From a virus, in IMG/VR virus record IMGVR_UViG_3300044994_000386, positions 22,436 through 86,435 of that record: DNA of 64,000 nucleotides. One strand, written 5' to 3'. Made by a program: the position numbers and the translations under genes. The notes under the pieces were generated by a model. The model searched no databases and was not told the DNA's origin. It saw only the letters and a list, made by a program, of their open reading frames with translations. This document shows positions 59,615-64,000 of the stretch, one piece after another. Position 1 is the stretch's first letter, and every line of letters starts with the position of its first letter.

Positions 59615-60970
59615 ATGTCTAAACTCGTGAGATTAAATGAAATAAACGATGATTCATTATTGAACGAACTATTCTCTCAAGAAATAGTTGTATTTGAAGA
59701 TGTACAGGGCTCAAAAATTTTTGTAAATTGGAATGGAAAAGAATTTATAATTAAGCCAAAATCACTATCCTCTGAACCAATCAACTTAATTGATTTGGCT
59801 ATGCAGAATTATTACAATCATGCAATAAATTATTTTAATTCATTAGATTCTCGTGTCAAAGGTTTATTAAATAAGAAATGGTGGTTTTGCTTTGAATATT
59901 TTCCAGATAATCAACCGGCTAATATTCAATATGATCGTGTTCCGAAAAATCACTTAGTACTCACATCAATTTCAAAAAATGGTAGGTTCGAATACTCATT
60001 TGATGAATTAGATGAATACGCTAGGCTTTTCAATACTGATGTGATTCCGGTAATTTTTAAAGGTAAATTGAGTGAGAAGTCAATTGAAGCAATTAAGTAC
60101 TTTTTAAACACAAGTGAAGATGATTTAGAATTTGTTTTTGGTGAAAAATCTTTTTCATTTTTCTTTTATAAGTTGTTAAATCCACAGTTAAATAACTCAT
60201 TCTTGATGCAAGATGATTTTCAAAAAAATATTGAAAAAATTATTATCCGTGTATCTAACAAAGATATATCATTTGAAATTTTAAATCCATTATATAAGAG
60301 AATATCAAACTCTAATTCAACTGATTTTGTTGAAATCTATAGTTTAATTTTAGTTAATTTCTTGAATTTTTGCCAATCTATTAAATTAGATGAAATTAAA
60401 ATTAAAGCTAATCGAAGGGACGAGGCTTATATTAACTTAATTTGTAAGTTATTTAACATATATCTATCTGAAGTAAAAGAAGATCTTCTACAGTTTGACT
60501 TTGCAGTACCTGAGTTTTTTGATAAAGATAAATTCAGAATCAATAAAGAGCTAATCCAAAATAAAAAAACCAAAAGTTTAATTGAAGAATCACCTAAGAT
60601 CGAGTACATATTTAAAGTTATCTTAGGATCTTTCAATAAAAAAAGAAAGAAAACGATCGGTGTATTCACAGAAGACACACTTGTTATATTCAATACATTT
60701 GTTGATCGTATCAATTCATACTTAGATAAACACCTAAAGAAATTGAGTGAAATTGAACTAACTAGAAAAAAACTTTTAGATTTCGGTGACTTTTTCGAAA
60801 TTAAATATGATACAGATGGTGATGAACAAGTTTATCCAGATATCTACACTGAGTTTGAAAAAGGATTTCCGGAAGAAAAGAATAAGAAGAAAAGTAAAGG
60901 TGGAAAATTTGAAGTAGAGCCTCCCTCAGAAGAAAAAACAACTATACCAGATGAAACAGGTAAAGGTTAA
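59615..60970 (+). CDS. RNA ligase (Rnl2-like) fold protein, probably inactive
   Basis: EDVQGS at motif I, FCFEY, VIPVIFKG, IEKIIIR. Confidence 0.5.
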   Translation: MSKLVRLNEINDDSLLNELFSQEIVVFEDVQGSKIFVNWNGKEFIIKPKSLSSEPINLIDLAMQNYYNHAINYFNSLDSRVKGLLNKKWWFCFEYFPDNQPANIQYDRVPKNHLVLTSISKNGRFEYSFDELDEYARLFNTDVIPVIFKGKLSEKSIEAIKYFLNTSEDDLEFVFGEKSFSFFFYKLLNPQLNNSFLMQDDFQKNIEKIIIRVSNKDISFEILNPLYKRISNSNSTDFVEIYSLILVNFLNFCQSIKLDEIKIKANRRDEAYINLICKLFNIYLSEVKEDLLQFDFAVPEFFDKDKFRINKELIQNKKTKSLIEESPKIEYIFKVILGSFNKKRKKTIGVFTEDTLVIFNTFVDRINSYLDKHLKKLSEIELTRKKLLDFGDFFEIKYDTDGDEQVYPDIYTEFEKGFPEEKNKKKSKGGKFEVEPPSEEKTTIPDETGKG

Positions 60971-61086
60971 GTTTACAAAAGAAATGACCAAAGACTTAGG
61001 TTATCTATCATCATGATAAGAGCACAAAAAGATAAAAAATTGTAAATAAAATTTTCAACAAATAAGATTGACGGTCTATAATTTGT

Positions 61087-62304
61087 ATGATTAAAGTATT
61101 AGAGTACAGACCCGAAAAAAAATTTCAGATTCGAAATAAACTCCAAAACAAAAATCATTTATTACAATTTTTACCACTTAGTTTATTTGAAATTTCAAAA
61201 GTTAGATTTATTACGTTCAAAAAACAAAACTTAAAAACTGCCTATTTAATAGACATAGTTCACAATTTACTCCTAAAATATTATTTCAAAAAAGAAAATA
61301 GATTTAATTTATCATCCATTATATTAAAAGAAAAATATGGCTATCTTTATAATTATTATATTGAGTGGTTATTACAGAATGAAACTATTGTAATGGTTCA
61401 AAATTATAAAACTGGTAAAAGGGCCAGAGTTTATAAATTAAATGAATCTATAATCAATGGAAAAATCAGTCGATATAGAAACACAGATAAGATTTTATTG
61501 AAAAAATGGAAAAATGCGGTTTTATCAATTGAAACTGAAGATACCACAACCAACCAAATACTACCAGAAATTAAACAAAAACTGGTTGATGATTTGTTCC
61601 ACGTTCAAATTGATTACCAGAAATCTATTTTATTTTTAGATTCTACAATGCAGGAATTCGATATTTACAACAAAAATAAATATTCAATAGATGCAATTAA
61701 AGACCAACATATATTCTATCATTTTGATTCATATGGTAGGATGCATACCAATTTTACAATTCTTAAATCATTTATCCGTAAAAATTGTTTACTAATTGAC
61801 GGAGAAGAAACCTATGAACTAGATATAAAAAATAGCCAACCTTTATTTTTAACAAAGTTAATGTTGGAAGAGGGCTTAGTAGACATAGATTTATCTGAGT
61901 TTGAGCTATTCAAATATCTAACAACGCATGGAAAGTTTTATCAATATATCATGGATAATTCAGATATAAAAGAAAAATCTAAAATTAAAGAGTTAACCTA
62001 TAAAGTTCTTTTTGGTAAAAACCATCGAAGTAAAGACGAAATGATTTTTAAGAGATTATTTCCCACGATTCATAATTTTATTAAGATGTACAAAAAAAAG
62101 AGTAAAGATTATAAAACTTTATCTCATCAGCTACAAAGAGCCGAATCTAATCTTGTTTTTAACAAAATTATTAAAGAAATTATGTATCTCTATCCTGAAG
62201 TTAAATTAATTACGGTTCATGATAGTATTATTTTCCAACAAAAGTACAAATCAATCATAGAAGAAGTATTCAATAATCAACTAAAAAAAGAATTTGATAT
62301 ATGA
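61087..62304 (+). CDS. Minimal family A polymerase-like protein
   Basis: GRMH, ELDIKNSQP (A), KELTYKVLFG (B), LQRAES, TVHDSI (C). Confidence 0.65.
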   Translation: MIKVLEYRPEKKFQIRNKLQNKNHLLQFLPLSLFEISKVRFITFKKQNLKTAYLIDIVHNLLLKYYFKKENRFNLSSIILKEKYGYLYNYYIEWLLQNETIVMVQNYKTGKRARVYKLNESIINGKISRYRNTDKILLKKWKNAVLSIETEDTTTNQILPEIKQKLVDDLFHVQIDYQKSILFLDSTMQEFDIYNKNKYSIDAIKDQHIFYHFDSYGRMHTNFTILKSFIRKNCLLIDGEETYELDIKNSQPLFLTKLMLEEGLVDIDLSEFELFKYLTTHGKFYQYIMDNSDIKEKSKIKELTYKVLFGKNHRSKDEMIFKRLFPTIHNFIKMYKKKSKDYKTLSHQLQRAESNLVFNKIIKEIMYLYPEVKLITVHDSIIFQQKYKSIIEEVFNNQLKKEFDI

Positions 62305-62474
62305 AAAGAAAATTTGGCCTTTTTTCAAAAAATTCTACAGACATAATCCACCAGGTTGATGTCGAATCTGAATCTGAAGCAATATCATTCTTCGCAAAAA
62401 TTAAAAATCTCCAAAAAAAAGATTTATTAGAAATTTTTGATGTTAAGGAGATAAAATCTAAAACTAATAAATAA
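62301..62474 (+). CDS. Small hypothetical protein (57 aa), not in the ORF track
   Basis: ATGA overlap with the upstream stop; MKRKFGLFSKNS...EAISFFAKIKNL. Confidence 0.55.
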   Translation: MKRKFGLFSKNSTDIIHQVDVESESEAISFFAKIKNLQKKDLLEIFDVKEIKSKTNK

Positions 62475-62497
62475 AACGTAAATTTTATATATAGTTT

Positions 62498-63076
62498 ATG
62501 TTTAATTTATCAGATCCAAAAATAGGATATTTAATTATATCTGCACAAAATGAGAATACCTCTGCCTTGGATATTAAATTTCAATCCAATAAGTTGGCTA
62601 ATATTCTTTATGCTAAAGATTATACTCTAATTCCTGTTACTGGTTATTATAATCAAAAATATGAAAATTCATATATTGCTATCACTTCTGATGATAATGA
62701 TAATGATAAGCTAAGATCAGATGCAATCTATCTAATGGATGAGTTTAACCAATCATCTGTAATAGTTAAATATATCAACGAAACAGGTGCTAAGAAAATT
62801 CTTTCTGATGGATCCGAAGTACCATTGGGGATTGTAATTTATAATTCTGATATGAAAAATAAGACATATATCTACAATGGTGTTTCATTTTCGTTTATTG
62901 AGCAAAAGAGATATTATTTCCCTAAAGATAAAAAAGATCTTAAATCTGGAATGATCGTAGAATACTTTAATAATAATAAATGGACGGAACGACAAATAGT
63001 AAACGTCGATGATGAATACGATAAGATGTATCGATTATTAATAAAATATAAGAAGTTAAGAATTTGTCAATCATAA
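62498..63076 (+). CDS. Hypothetical protein
   Basis: YLIISA, G.Y....E.SY, FNQ.SV pattern recalled from other T4-like phage proteins. Confidence 0.65.
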   Translation: MFNLSDPKIGYLIISAQNENTSALDIKFQSNKLANILYAKDYTLIPVTGYYNQKYENSYIAITSDDNDNDKLRSDAIYLMDEFNQSSVIVKYINETGAKKILSDGSEVPLGIVIYNSDMKNKTYIYNGVSFSFIEQKRYYFPKDKKDLKSGMIVEYFNNNKWTERQIVNVDDEYDKMYRLLIKYKKLRICQS

Positions 63077-63112
63077 AACAATAAAAGTATCAAAAAAAAA
63101 ATAAATATAATT

Positions 63113-63727
63113 ATGATAAAAATTAAAAACTTTGCAAAGCAAGAATTGGATATTCTTGCTGCAACAACACCGGATGCTATTATTATACCATTTGCAAAAG
63201 AAATACTTGAATTGTGTGAATCATTTGGTAAATCAGGTCAAAGTGGTGCTTCGGCGCCTTACGTTGCCTATGCTATTTCTGAGACAGTAAGGAAACTAAT
63301 GCTATTTGAGCCTATTTCAGATATTACAGGTGATGAAAATGAATGGCACGGTATATCTGAAACAGATAATGGCTCAATAATTTTTCAAAACATTAGATGT
63401 GGTGCTTTATTTAAAGATGGAGTGGATTCAAAACCATACTATCTACATGCTATTGTTTGGAAAGGCGTTGAAGATGAGGATACGTTTACTGGAAGCGTTT
63501 ATTATGATGATATAAATTTTGAATTGATAAGTAGCAAACAATTAGTTAAATTTCCTTTTAAACCAAAGACATTTTATATTGATGTGGTTCGTGTGCCAAT
63601 TACAAAAGAAGAAGCCGAAATTAGAAATTTATACTACACCGAAAGTATTTCTGGAGAATGTTATTATACTATTTTAAAAGATCCAAAACAACTTGATGAA
63701 GTTTTTAAATATTATGAAAAAATCTAG
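63113..63727 (+). CDS. Hypothetical phage protein
   Basis: F..SGQSG.SA, PI..ITG...EW, QN.RC..LFK. Confidence 0.7.
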   Translation: MIKIKNFAKQELDILAATTPDAIIIPFAKEILELCESFGKSGQSGASAPYVAYAISETVRKLMLFEPISDITGDENEWHGISETDNGSIIFQNIRCGALFKDGVDSKPYYLHAIVWKGVEDEDTFTGSVYYDDINFELISSKQLVKFPFKPKTFYIDVVRVPITKEEAEIRNLYYTESISGECYYTILKDPKQLDEVFKYYEKI

Positions 63728-63775
63728 ATATTAAAAAAATAAAAATAATTTCCGGGATGTTTAATATATACCCTA

Positions 63776-64000
63776 ATGAAATACCTACTAGAATCCTCCA
63801 TATTTAATCAAATTGACCAAATTTGCAAGGAATTTGGTATAAAAAACTATACTCTAAATTGGGATGGGTCTATTGATGTGAATGGTGATGTGGATTTATC
63901 CTATCAAGGTCTATCAGAATTACCCCTTAAGTTCGGTATAGTCAGTGGTGATTTTTATTGCAATCATAATCAATTAACTTCCCTCTGGGGAGCTCCGAAG
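63776..64000 (+). CDS. LRR-like repeat protein, partial
   Basis: MKYLLES...IDVNGDVDLSYQGLSELPLKFGIVSGDFYCNHNQLTSLWGAPK; TAATATATA at 63762-63770. Confidence 0.75.
   Translation, partial: MKYLLESSIFNQIDQICKEFGIKNYTLNWDGSIDVNGDVDLSYQGLSELPLKFGIVSGDFYCNHNQLTSLWGAPK

Noticed and set aside
6591-60714. Other short ORFs nested in long genes (e.g. 6591, 7260, 22849, 26349, 28572, 28751, 36926, 40294, 53596, 60427)
   Set aside because: Fully overlap well-supported genes, have shadow-like composition and no recognisable motifs
61070-61086. Bacteroidota -7 box before the PolA-like gene
   Set aside because: Reads ATAATTTG, not TAnnTTTG, and no correctly spaced TTTG
1-64000. CRISPR array or canonical tRNA genes
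   Set aside because: No repeat-spacer periodicity seen. The only tRNA-like arms noticed belong to the tmRNA. Checked by eye only.
1-64000. Stop-codon reassignment
   Set aside because: Conserved genes are full length and densely packed under the standard code; the PolB truncation ends at TAA with no in-frame continuation

Overview
This window is part of a very AT-rich, T4-related jumbo phage genome. Core phage genes include terminase large and probable small subunits, gp25-, gp15- and gp4-like proteins, a gp55-like late sigma factor, clamp loader, gp41 helicase, an N-terminal-only family B DNA polymerase, class Ia RNR alpha, a DinG-like helicase and a Dam-like methylase. The host is probably Bacteroidota, based on TTTG-N19/20-TAnnTTTG promoters, no evident Shine-Dalgarno sites, a signal peptide followed by Gln and a tmRNA tag resuming at Gly. 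Accessory genes lean towards RNA and protein quality control: Ro60/TROVE, tmRNA, NFACT-R, ClpS, ClpP, HAD phosphatases and a probably inactive RNA ligase; there is also a glutamine synthetase. The top finding is the Ro60 leader (33020-33570). It holds a promoter, two RNA elements sharing a TRGTGA-N10-TACTTCG stem motif (candidate Y RNAs), and an intrinsic terminator whose 5' arm is perfectly complementary (11 nt) to the 3' strand of the first element, which suggests a Ro60-sensing attenuator. Other highlights are about 25 proteins with a T4 capsid-targeting-like N-terminus, a four-member SCM/RALxW/DRIY paralog family, three promoter classes and a long tmRNA tag. All calls come from motif reading by eye; no searches or folding were run.
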